Source of the DNA: Lingula anatina
Taxonomy: Eukaryota; Animalia; Brachiopoda
Reading direction: 5' to 3'
Assembly (NCBI GenBank): GCA_051362555.1
Contig: CM120640.1
Location: 37,467,967 to 37,531,966 of the forward strand
DNA length: 64,000 nucleotides
How positions within the stretch are numbered: position 1 is the stretch's first letter; each line of letters opens with the position of its first letter. Below are positions 53,585-64,000 of the stretch, one piece after another. The notes under the pieces are model-generated. The model ran no database searches. It saw only the letters and a list, made by a program, of their open reading frames with translations, and was not told the DNA's origin. The translations under genes were made by a program, and so were the position numbers.

Positions 53585-56336
53585 GGTGGCCCAACTTACT
53601 AGTAACTGTAGGCTCACCTTAAAACACAGCGACTTAAAGTAAAATCGACAAACACCACCATATTTTTAGCACAAATGGCTTCCAAGTTCAAAATGTGGTC
53701 AAAACCTCAATATTAGATTATATGTCATATATCCCTGAAAAAAAATATGAAAAGAAAATGTGTTCACCTTAGCCAGACTTCAAACAACTGGTACAGCAGT
53801 CATCCTTGTTAGTAGGTAGAGCTTAACATCAAAACGTCTTTTTTCTTTTTATCGCCAAGTAAAATGTCACTGGGTTCATCAACTTGGATGCACCAGATGT
53901 CATGTGTTTTACTAAGCTGCAGCATAATACTTTGACCTTGTCTCTAATATGACAAACATCAGCATTTGGAAGATTTGCATGAAATGAAAATCATGGCATG
54001 TCCTCACATCTCTCTTTGTTTGATAAGTGGCTTTCTTTTATACTGGTATAAAAAAGCAAGATCAGATTTTCAAAATAACGTGCAGCTTATTGCCCTTCAT
54101 CACTCTGGAAAGAGTGGTTGATAATTTCTATGTTAAATACAAAAAACTCCCTTTTCTCTCATTTTGTCAAGGAACACACTTGCCCCTTTTAGAATATAAA
54201 CCCAACTACTTCAGTGTCAAAGAATTTTATTTATTTAATTTTTTTTATTGTGAAAGCACAACTGTTAAAGAACATGGTAAACATAATTTTTTCCATTAAC
54301 GTCAAGACCAGAATATTGATTACTTAGTCATATGAGAATAAGTTCATCAGATGCAGTTACTTCCTGAATGTGTCTGATGTATATTTTCACATAAGTCACA
54401 AAATGTATCTTTACGGATCTTCCAATTGAATGTCAAAGGAGGAAATCAATTCATCTGCTCTGACAATGACTACATGATCCTGATAACTGCATCAATTTAC
54501 ACTTACACAAAGGCAACACAATAACAACATTCAATGCTTTTACTTAACATATTATCATGCAAGGACTTATTCTATAATTCAATCAAGATACTAACAAAGT
54601 GCTTTTTGTTCAGTGTGTCAGTGTATTTCACGTGACTTAATTGTAAATGAGAAGAAAAACTGGTGGTTATCAGTCTGTATTCAGAATACCTCAAATGTAG
54701 GTTAATCTACTCTATTAAGTTCTATTAACTTCCTAGTTAAAATACTAGTAGCCAATTTTATAATGTACTATGTTAGAACATATGTAAAACAAACAGATGA
54801 CTTATTTTTCATGTATCAAAACAAGCCATATCATTTTTGGTGGCATTAGGCAAAGATGTTAGGATTAAACAACAGGTGATACAAGAGAACATCATGTAAC
54901 AAGCAGCTGCTACAAGGCAACATATACCTTAATGCATTACAACCATTTCTCTCAATTGCAATCAAATGTATACAATCATGCAAACCTTATATTCAACCAC
55001 ATATCAATCAATACTCTAATATGTTATAGACTTGTAATATCATTTCTATTTTAAAATTAATAAAATCATGGACCTAATACAAAACAGTATGTCACACTGA
55101 TGAATCTAGAAGTATACAGATGAAGGAAAATGAAATGTCTAAAGTTTTTTTTGTGTCTAGAGTCAAATAATGAAATATATGAAGCGTATACAATCAAATC
55201 ATGCTCATTTTCAAACTCTACTTTTACTCTGTTTTCCTATGTATGCAACTTTTGTTGAAAAACTTAAATGAATTTGTTCACTTTTGTAAGTACTACATAT
55301 CTGATTGTGATATCCAAAGGAGTGTTCTAAGTGATATTTAGCTCTATACACCTAACAGGGTCATAGTTTGTGATGAATCAAGCATACATATCCCAGGGTC
55401 ATCTCTTCATATCCCTGCATTGTAACCACCCCCCATTGTTACTCCCCAAACAAATTATTATGTTACAGGCATCAATACACCTCCACATCATTACCTCCCC
55501 CATCCCCTCATTTCTTTCCTATTGTTACTTTCTCTCGTCAGGTTTTGTATGACCATTGTGACAATATTACTTTGGGGACAAGAAAGGTGTATTTTTGTTT
55601 TAAAAAATGTAAATTTACAGGAAGGTTTTGAAATCAAGAACTATCTTATGCATGGTACATTTTCACTAGTCATCTGAGTTATACTGTGTGAGAGTAACCA
55701 TGTATGGTAGTAATGGTGCAGGAGAGTACTGTTGAAACTGAATGGGGACATAAAACAATGTAGCCTGTATCCCAATTATTTAAATGGTTACTGCTCCTTC
55801 CTAAGTTATGACCAAAAGTTAAATAGTTCATTTTCCTGACATGCATTGGCAACGATTTAGTTTACTAAAGTCGCCTCTTCATTTATGTGAATAAACGAAT
55901 ATAGCCTAGGACAAAAGACGTTGTCTGTTGGCGTGTGATGTGTATGTGTTTGTGTGTGGGTGTGCGATTAATCAAAATTAAATCGGCTGCCAAGCCCAAA
56001 TAATAGCACTGCTTCCCCCCCCCCTCATTGTGTTCACTGCAGTTTTTGACTGTTGTGTCGAGAGCCCTCCGGTACTAGTAAATAGAAAAACGCAATTTAA
56101 AGATGTGACAAAGAGAGAAAAATAATAGGACCAGCTGCAACCGGAATTGAAACAGCGAAGAAAAAAGTAAATTTTCAAATTGACCACAACGTTTTTCACT
56201 TCAGATAATAATACTCATATATACCTTTTTCCTGTACAGTTCCATTTTTTGTACCTTTTGGCGATTTGGGCGCGGGGTCACTGGCAGATCTTTGATGTTG
56301 TGGTTTTTTGCCAAGTTTTAAATCTGGGGTCTCCAT
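32738..56336 (-). CDS. PHACTR: Phosphatase and actin regulator (PHACTR family), ~633 aa longest model
   Basis: Exons (minus strand): 56336-56225, 47106-46942, 46449-46351, 39905-39660, 39031-38864, 36030-35559, 35310-35177, 34762-34606, 34368-34313, 34056-33995, 33638-33501, 33100-33024, 32753-32738. Motifs: [17 protein letters not shown] (NLS), RPEL1 [16 protein letters not shown], RPELs [28 protein letters not shown] and [14 protein letters not shown], and the PP1-binding C-terminus IKFSDYVEV...[14 protein letters not shown]...KHLTRFHRP*. Confidence 0.93.
35828..35899 (-). repeat. Coding polyglutamine tract (CAA/CAG) in PHACTR
   Basis: Encodes QQLQQK followed by 17 Q within exon 36030-35559. 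Confidence 0.9.
42390..42477. repeat. Compound (TATG)n(TA)n microsatellite
   Basis: Direct inspection. Confidence 0.95.
44400..44424 (-). CDS. Candidate internal alternative first exon of PHACTR (MGSACLSK)
   Basis: ACG-ATG-G Kozak context, 8 codons plus 1 nt, then AAG|GTAAAA donor. Phase 1 matches the acceptor of exon 39905. Confidence 0.5.
47767..48012. repeat. 34-bp perfect tandem duplication plus a diverged longer duplication (PHACTR intron)
   Basis: ATTTTTGGTCTCTGTTATTTGTCTTATACTGCAG at 47767 and 47801, with a third diverged copy at about 47915-47950 that has similar downstream sequence. Confidence 0.8.
50111..50168 (-). CDS. Candidate alternative first coding exon of PHACTR ([19 protein letters not shown])
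   Basis: ATG in GAC-ATG context, 19 codons plus 1 nt, then a perfect G|GTAAGT donor. Phase 1 matches the acceptor of exon 47106. Confidence 0.55.
51466..51601. mobile_element. MITE, PIF/Harbinger-like, ~136 bp
   Basis: Imperfect ~33-bp TIRs: GGCCCCTTAACTCAAAAGCATCGCGTATTGAGA versus the reverse complement of the right end, GACCCCGTTACTCGAAAGCATCGCGCATTGCGA. Flanked by CAG on both sides (51463-65 and 51602-04). Confidence 0.7.
52823..52872. repeat. 25-bp tandem duplication
   Basis: GGCTATACTCTGTTATAATATCTTA occurs twice in tandem. Confidence 0.85.
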
Positions 56337-56669
56337 ATTGCAAACGGAAATAGCCGAACACCTTTAACTTCCGGTATGATCTTAAGCTTTTTTTTTCAGC
56401 AAAACCTTAAGTATAAGTTTTGGTATATTTCGAATAATCAAATATATTAACTGTCATAAAATGAATTTTCATATGATACTTTCTGTGAAAGAAAAATAAA
56501 CAAAAGCCCATCCCATATACCATGATGCACCGCAACAATATTCTATTTATAAATCGCACCATGACCTAATGTTCTTGTGATTCACATGATCTGGTGACGT
56601 CAAAAGCAAAATAAATAGGATAAGAGACCTTTATTTCGCAAGTAACTACTAAGAACAACCTCGTCTAAG
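56337..56669. promoter_or_regulatory. Putative bidirectional promoter for PHACTR (minus) and SDCBP (plus)
   Basis: The PHACTR ATG is at 56336 and a candidate SDCBP non-coding exon donor AAG|GTAAGC is at 56669/56670. An ETS-like ACTTCCGG lies at about 56368-56375 and a palindromic CRE TGACGTCA at 56595-56602. The region locally retains CpG. Confidence 0.6.
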
Positions 56670-57868
56670 GTAAGCATATATCTGTAAATGAATTTAGATA
56701 AGTTTTCAATACGTTTGAGTCCCAAAGACAATCGTTTAAGTCGCTGGCAGTCTTCGGTACTCTGTTATTTGGCAGCAGCACTACGATCAAGCACAACTGA
56801 AATGCAACGTACTCCCATAATCTATCCTCACCGTATCCTGGTTTCATTCGATAAACGAGAATTAATTCTGCACCCCTTTGTAGGTACCTCAGTTATTCTA
56901 CTAGTAAAACTATGTATGGATTGACCCTTTTATGAAGTGTTAAAGCAGTTTGTTGATTTAGGTTGATTTTTTGGTCTTGTACTTCCTAGTCTTCGTATCC
57001 GTCGCATAATGATTATCCTGAAATGTCTCGAATAATAAATTTGAATTTAAACAAGTTGACGGGATAGGAAGATAAATATATTTAGCACTTAAGTGATTAT
57101 ATAACAACGGGATGAAGACAGGGTAAGAAAAAAATAAGCAAAAATCGTAAGCACTGCATGTCTTGTGACTCAGTGACATCTTGTCTGTCAGTCACTAGGG
57201 TCACAGGGACAGAATCTAGGCTACTGTATTCAGTAGTAGGAAAGTAAAGTAACAGTAGTAATAGTATCATAAATTGTCACATATTTCAGACAGTTGTTGT
57301 AGCATCATGAAAAAACTGTAGAAACAGTGCCTCGAATTTGATGTTTATTAACTTGGGTATTCGTTGTCAGTTGACTGTCAGTCTTAAAGAATTTCCTTCT
57401 GCCATGGTCATTAAAACAACAAGTGCCCCTGGACTCAAGTAGTCTACATACAGATTTGATTTAGTACCAGAATGAACTTAACTTTATGTGTGAAACATGC
57501 ATGGATTCCCCATGACGCATATAAACCACTTCTACAAGTCAGCCAACAAGCATCAGGTGCATGAATATTCCATATTTATATGTGGCATCACTTTGAAAAT
57601 TACAACAGATGCTGATTACCCAATAAATGCAGCAGTATGTACTAAAATATGGGTGGATATTGAATTTAGTGCTTAACTTAATCTTATAATATTTACATCT
57701 AGGGTAGTATGATGTGATTTATTTCAAAATTGATCTTGACAGACATTAAGGAAACACACTGTTTTTTGCTCACATATTTTTGTTTTCTATGGTTTGATTT
57801 TTAAAATTTTTTTTTTTTTACTTTTAGATTTAAGCAAGTTATAGATTGTCAACCAGCACACCAGCACC

Positions 57869-60800
57869 ATGTCTCTGTACCCATCACTAGAAGATATGAA
57901 GGTGGACCACATGGCCCAGGCACAGATGCAGCACAGCCAAGCCCAGGCCCAGGCAATCCAATACCCACAGCAGGGACAGGGGTTGCCATACCCTGTGAAC
58001 CCCACGGCCGCTGCATACCCACAGTCCTCTCTGTACCCTTCACTCAATGAGTACATGGGGCTGTCTCTGGATGAAGGGGCTATTCCTCCTGCTTATGGTC
58101 AAGTGGTGCCTTCTGGGGGAAATCAGGTGATTATTATTATTATTATTATTATTTTGAAGTAATTATGTTGGTAACTATATGGTATGTAATTTACTATTTT
58201 TCTTTTACTTGGGATGTTTAAATTACAAGAGTGCTCATTTTTCAAAAAAAAAAACAAAAAAAAATTACGCTTTTATTTATGAAAGGTTATAAAAATTTTA
58301 TTTGATTAACTGTGTTAAAAATATTGCTCTCATTTCCAAATGAATACTACATACAAATGAAAACTGTATTGAGATTTCATGTAATATTATCAAAACATTC
58401 TAGTCCCTCTTTTCACCCCTTCTTTATATTGAATCCATTATAAGCAATTTTTCTTAGCTTAATTAATTTGTATATTTGTACCATTAGTTGGCAGTGAGAC
58501 AGACCCAGACCGGGAATATGCAAGTGGCCCCTGTCACTGGTAATGATGTCGGTTTAAGAAGAGCAGAAATCAAACAAGGAATAAGAATGGTCACGCTGTG
58601 CAAAGACCAGCAGGGCAAGTGTGGCTTGAGAGTGAGAGGAGTCAATAAGGCAAGTTGATTTTAGTGAAGAATCAGTGGAGTTCGTGCTGTCTGAATCATT
58701 GTATTTTTTTTTTTTTTTTAAAGAAAAAAAAATTGAACTTTTAAAGTACATTTACTAGTAATTTTGTCCACTTATGGACTTTATAATTTGAATAGCATCA
58801 TTGAGAAATACAAAGATGCAGTTCAAAAATGCACTAGGAGGAAATATTATATTGTATGTGTTATGGTAACAGGTCAATGAGATAGCACACAGATAAGGAC
58901 TTCATAAATGATAGGCCACTTGGCTAAGCTGCTTTTAGATAAGATATGTTCTCAGGTGACTTGGCAGAAAAACAGCTTATAAACTGAGCCAAGAAAAGAT
59001 GAAATTTATTATGATAGCACTGGTAATACATGTTTGCAGTGTCTTTAGGTTCATTCTCCATATTTGAGTGGAATACATGGACACTGTTACTAAATTATTG
59101 GATTCAAGATTAGAAGAAAGTTAAACATGTAAGATTGGTAAAAAACAGTTATCCAATAATACAAAATTTGTGTTTGGTCTCACTGTATTTGAAGTAAAAA
59201 GGGTGAAAAGACCTGCCATTATTAACATATTTTTTAATTTTAGTTTTAGAGTGCCATCATCATCATCATCATCATTAAGGTTAACTGTTAATAACCAGCC
59301 AAAGTCTTCTCAAGGAGGATGCAATATTATCTAGTCATACTAATCATCTATTGACAGACATTGTTCATTGTTTCATTATTTCAGCAATACTTATATAATT
59401 TACACAAAAATATTCATTCAAACTCAAAAAAAGCGATCATCCTATCAAAAACTGAGAGTTGTGCGTTTTGTGTATCTACAGGGTGTGTTTGTTGCCTTTG
59501 TCCATGTGAACTCCCCTGCAGCCTTGGCTGGCCTGAGGTTTGGGGACCAGATTCTAGAGATCAACAACCAACTTGTGGCTGGCTGGGACACAGACAAGGT
59601 CATGAAGTTCATTAAGAACGCAGCACCAGAGAAAATATCCATGGCAGTACGTGACAGGTAGGGTGACAGGGGGCGACACATGTTGGACTCTGGCTCGCTT
59701 GGACAATGTTTTAGTGGTTAAAAGATGCATTTTTTGGATAAAGAATATTGAAAAAATTGAATAATTAAGTAATTTATTGTGTAATTTATTTTAAAAAAAA
59801 CCTTTAAGCTCTCATGTAAGTGTATGCTTTGAATGCATTGCAGTCTTGTATTTTGTTTGTAGTATTGTTAATATTTGTAAGTTTTTATTAAATAAAGATT
59901 GAAGTTAACCTCAATGACCATATGATTTTTCAAGTGTATTTTACGCCTATTTAAACAATTCTGTTACAGACCATTTGAGCGTACTCTGACCATGCAGAAG
60001 GACAGTGTGGGACACATAGGCTTTGTCTTCAACAATGGTAAAATTAACTCCATCGTGAAGGACTCCTCTGCTGCAAGAAACGGCATCCTTACAGAGCATC
60101 AGCTCATTGAGGTCAATGGTCAGAATGTTGTAGGACTAAAGGTATGGATTCAGATGTTTAATAATCAAGTTTTCAGCTGAAAACACGATTTAAATTGTGT
60201 TATGGCAAGGGTTGTACAGAGTGGTGTCAACTGAGCATTAATTTAGTAATTTAAAAAATATTTTTCTAGATAATTCTAAAGTTTTCCAGCTACTTTGGAA
60301 AATTCCCAACTTTTGAAAATGCATATAACGATTTCACATTAAAGTAATTGTATATTTGTGAAACATACTTGTGAAGAGCCATGTTTGAGTAACCATTATA
60401 TTTGAAACTACAAAACTGAGTACTGAAAATAATTTTGTGCCATTTTCAGGATTCTGAGACACGTGACATCTTTGCTGCAGCACCAAGGACGGTCACTGTC
60501 ACCATCATGCCTTCATTTATCTATGAACACATTGTCAAATGGTAAGGAACTAAACATTTTATGCTTACAAGATTATGGGAATGGGAGTATTTTTATTTAT
60601 TCATTTATTCTTTTATTAATTTTTTTCTCATTTTTAATAGCATTCAGCCCCAAATCTTTCGAATGGTTCAAATTATCTTTTCAGAAATTTCATACTTTTT
60701 TCAAAGGGAGGTTTGTCTATGGCAGTGACTGAGATGTTGCTATATGTGCAAAATTGTAATATGAAGTTTAGTGGACTGTTTGTAAAAGAACTAAGAGATA

Positions 60801-61006
60801 GATATACGGGCCAGAGCTGAGTTTGGCACACAAACTGGGAGGGATCTTTTGACACAAAAATAAAAAACTTGCACATTTTTTAGAAGATAAAAATATTTTC
60901 CATTCCAATTTTTTTTTTGCTTTTCTTACATTTCAATTTCTATCTTTTCAGCATGGGTTCCAGCTTAGTTAAAAAATTGATGGATCACTCCATCCCCGAC
61001 ATCTAA
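57869..61006 (+). CDS. SDCBP: Syntenin (syndecan-binding protein), tandem PDZ adaptor, ~304 aa
   Basis: Exons 57869-58126, 58488-58649 (GC donor), 59482-59657, 59970-60141, 60450-60541, 60952-61006. N-terminus [13 protein letters not shown], second [34 protein letters not shown]1 [21 protein letters not shown]2 [15 protein letters not shown]-terminus [15 protein letters not shown] at about 61741. Confidence 0.96.
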
Positions 61007-62729
61007 ACTTAACTGTCCTGGAAAATGCAGATTCAGGAAAAAGTTGTGCAGAGTTGCACATAAACATTATTGCTGGATAAATGTTTGGATGACTCAAAAT
61101 AACTCTCTGAGTTGTTTTACCTTGTAAATATTTAAAATCTGTAAAAAAAATGGTCACACAGAAGGACAATCCTCTGGTCGAATGAGAAGAAAAGCATCTA
61201 TATTTCTGCATTTGGAGCAATAGGAATAGAACTAATAAAATGGAACTGTGAAAATGTTTGCATGTGGCATGAAGAACATACCATGTAGAAAGCACCTTCA
61301 TTCAGTGCTTATAATTCTGTATTCAAGAACTAAAATCCAAGTTTTCAGTGGATGCCTCAGGTGCAGGGTCAATTGACTGATGTTTCTTTGAATAGAAATG
61401 ATTCTGCATGGGCAATTAGTGTGATATCAACGTGATTACTAAACTGCTTATTTATTCAAGATTTTGCTGCATATCATATGGCGTAGTTTTTGAATCACCA
61501 AGTTTAGCAAAAGATGGTCATAATAGATGTTCTCTTTTTGTATGAAGGCACTTGTTCTACCTTTCTACAGTACATTCTAATGGCAGTGCCATTAGCTTAT
61601 TGATAAGAATGAAAAATATCGAGTTTTGATAAATGTAAATATTAGATTTTGTGAGTTTGTGGAAACGATTTGTAGGATAAAATAGTCGAATATTGTAACA
61701 CAATGCTGTTTGCTCTATTTTATTATAAAATTGATTTATAAATAAATGTGTTTGTTATTAAATGTTTTTGTGCTCTCTACCAGCAGTTTTCTAGCTGCGA
61801 CAAATTTGTATATATTTCTCACAATTTGGAACCGCTTTACGACTTCTAGGAGTGTTGGTGTGTACTATTATACCAAATCACTAAACATCATCAACATTAA
61901 AGATGTGTTGCTAGATGTATTGTCCCCTTCAAGCCTGCACAATATGACCTAAGTGAGGTAGTTATCCTGGAAAAATGAAGTTGTATTTTGTGCAATGACA
62001 AGAGCATTTGCTTTGAAAGTGGTTATTAACAGAACACTAGGAACTATCCACCCCATTGTGTTACCCGTTGTGAGAGAGCTATGACAACCAAATTGAATGC
62101 ATTAGAGAAGACAAGGTGAGATTCCAGTGGGGAGAGAAAATGTTTTTGAAATTTTAACTGTCGTTTTGACATAATTGCCGTTATCATATTTTCAAATGCA
62201 TAACGCATTTTCAAGCAAACTAATAATCAAATGTTGAGCAAATATGAGCGTAATTTTTATGATTGTCATAATATTTCAATGGTGCGCTTCTTTTTTGTGC
62301 TCAGACAGCTAGAGTAATCTAAGCAAAAAAAAAACCGTTATTAAAAATTGGATAATTTCCTTGTGTTTACGTTTGTACTATAAAGATAACCGTCTCTGCA
62401 TTGAATCTTTGGTTATCAGTAACATTTTTTAATCACCAGCTTGTAATTGGACCCAGTTAACTGTTTACTGGGTCCTAGGCTTGTGGGGAAAATCTAGCAA
62501 AAATGATTATCAGTTTTCTCGCAAAATATTTATTTTAGTGATAAAAAGATTGATCAAAATCCTGATATGTGACCTATGTTGTCTCCGAATGAAACGTATA
62601 TGTATGCGTTCAACCCAACGGAACCACAAATTCACCTGAAGCGCAGTTTAGAAACTTAAGCCCGTGATACACTAAATTGTACCAGTACTGGTATTAAGAT
62701 TTAATATAAATTATAACCGATAAAAAAGA

Positions 62730-64000
62730 TCAATAAAATTGTATCGGGTAAAAGACGATGTTTAAATAACTGTTGCTACCTCTAGAAAAGTACAATTATG
62801 TAGTTTTCGACAAATAAACCCACGGCCTTTTCCCATTTCACAAAATTGTCCAGAAATCAAGTTTTGTGTATAACTAATGTAAGTAACTATGGAAACAAGT
62901 ATCATTTTCCAGAGCTAGTAAATTAGTGTAGTGCTTTGTATAGACAAACAAACTAAAACAAGTTTTGTCCTGCTGATATGAGCAAATATGTAAAAAAACG
63001 TTCTGGGCAGAAGATGGTTAGTTTGGCCTAGGCTAATGCATGTGCGGAGGAACAGGTATGAAGTAACTAATTTGTGTGTGGCAGAAATAAAAGAAAATTG
63101 AGTAACTACTTTTCTTGTCGTCATGGACAATTAATCAGATCAGAGGGACAATAATTGACATCCAGACATGTTAACTGACATTCAACAATATTTGTCCAGA
63201 AAACAAGTTTTGTGTATAACTAACGCACGTAACCATGGTAACAAGTATCATTTTCCAGAACTAGTAAATCATGTGACTGCTTAAAAAACAAATTAAAATA
63301 ATTTTATCGGGTAAAAGTAAAAATGTTGAAATAGCTGTTGCTACCTCTAGAAAAGTGCGATTATGTAGTTTTCGACAAATAAATCCACGGCCTTTTCCCA
63401 TTTCACAAAATTGTCCAGAAATCAAGTTTTGTGTATAACTAATGTACGTAACTGGTAACACGTATCATTTTCCAGGGCTAGGAAATCATGTGGTGTGTTT
63501 TGTAGAGACAATTAAAATAAGCTTTGTCCAGCTGATATGTGCAAATTTTATGGAAATAAACGTTCTGGGCAGAAGATGGTTAGTTTGGCCTAGGCTAATG
63601 CAAGTGCGGAGGTACAGGCAAGTAGTAACTAATTGGTATGTGGCAAAAATAAAAGAAAATCGAATAACTACTTTTCTTGTCGTCATGGACAATAAATCAG
63701 ATCAGAGGGACAATAATTGACATTCAGACATGTTAATTGACATTCAACAATATTTGTCCAGAAAAAAAGTTTTGTATATAACTAACGCACGTAACTATGG
63801 TAACAAGTATCATTTTCCAGAACTAGTAAATCATGTGACTGCTTAAAAAACAAATCAAAATAATTTTATCGGGTAAAAGTAAAAATGTTGAAATTACTTG
63901 TTGCTACCTCTAGAAACGTGCGATTATGTAGTTTTCGACAAATAAATCTTGTCGTCATTGACAATTAATCAGACCAGAGGGACAATAATTGACCTTCAGA
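62730..64000. repeat. Large-unit tandem repeat (satellite-like), ~564-bp period, running off the window
   Basis: TTGCTACCTCTAGAAA at 62773, 63338 and 63901. Each unit contains two related ~80-bp sub-blocks (TTGTCCAGAAA..CAAGTTTTGTGTATAACTAA..CATTTTCCAG). The third unit has an internal deletion. Confidence 0.92.

Noticed and set aside
53768-53905. Further alternative first exon candidate for PHACTR
   Set aside because: The phase-1 frame has a stop immediately before the donor.
62915-63720. Pair of similar short ORFs (MSMTTRKVV...) suggesting a duplicated small gene
   Set aside because: They lie in the tandem repeat units, differ by a frameshift and have no splice or homology support.
1-64000. 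tRNA, rRNA, snRNA, snoRNA or miRNA genes
   Set aside because: None was recognisable by eye; an Infernal/Rfam and tRNAscan-SE search would be needed to exclude them.

Overview
This is AT-rich, intron-rich animal genomic DNA, not prokaryotic. It is probably a marine invertebrate; the frequent TAGGCCTA words and the repeat content are suggestive of an echinoderm, but the sequence alone does not prove this. Manual splicing with reading-phase checks gives five protein-coding genes. (1) An EF-hand NADPH oxidase (NOX5-like, minus strand, 3' end beyond the window edge). (2) A PRAS40/AKT1S1 homologue with an extra N-terminal Cys-rich domain and coiled coil (plus). (3) A FAM78 family gene (plus). (4) A PHACTR RPEL/PP1 regulator (minus). 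(5) Syntenin/SDCBP (plus). NOX5/AKT1S1 and PHACTR/SDCBP are head-to-head pairs. The window ends in a ~564-bp tandem repeat array. The most notable observations are two candidate alternative first exons of PHACTR (one encoding a lipidation-type N-terminus, MGSACLSK, that would bypass the NLS and RPEL1), a canonical beta-TrCP degron (DSGIYS) in the PRAS40 homologue, a GC-AG intron in syntenin, a Harbinger-like MITE, a 3x40-bp CTCF-like repeat in a 3'UTR, and a visible mosaic of CpG depletion. I found no convincing wholly new multi-gene system. Most entries in the ORF track are intronic noise. All gene calls rest on recalled family motifs, not database searches.
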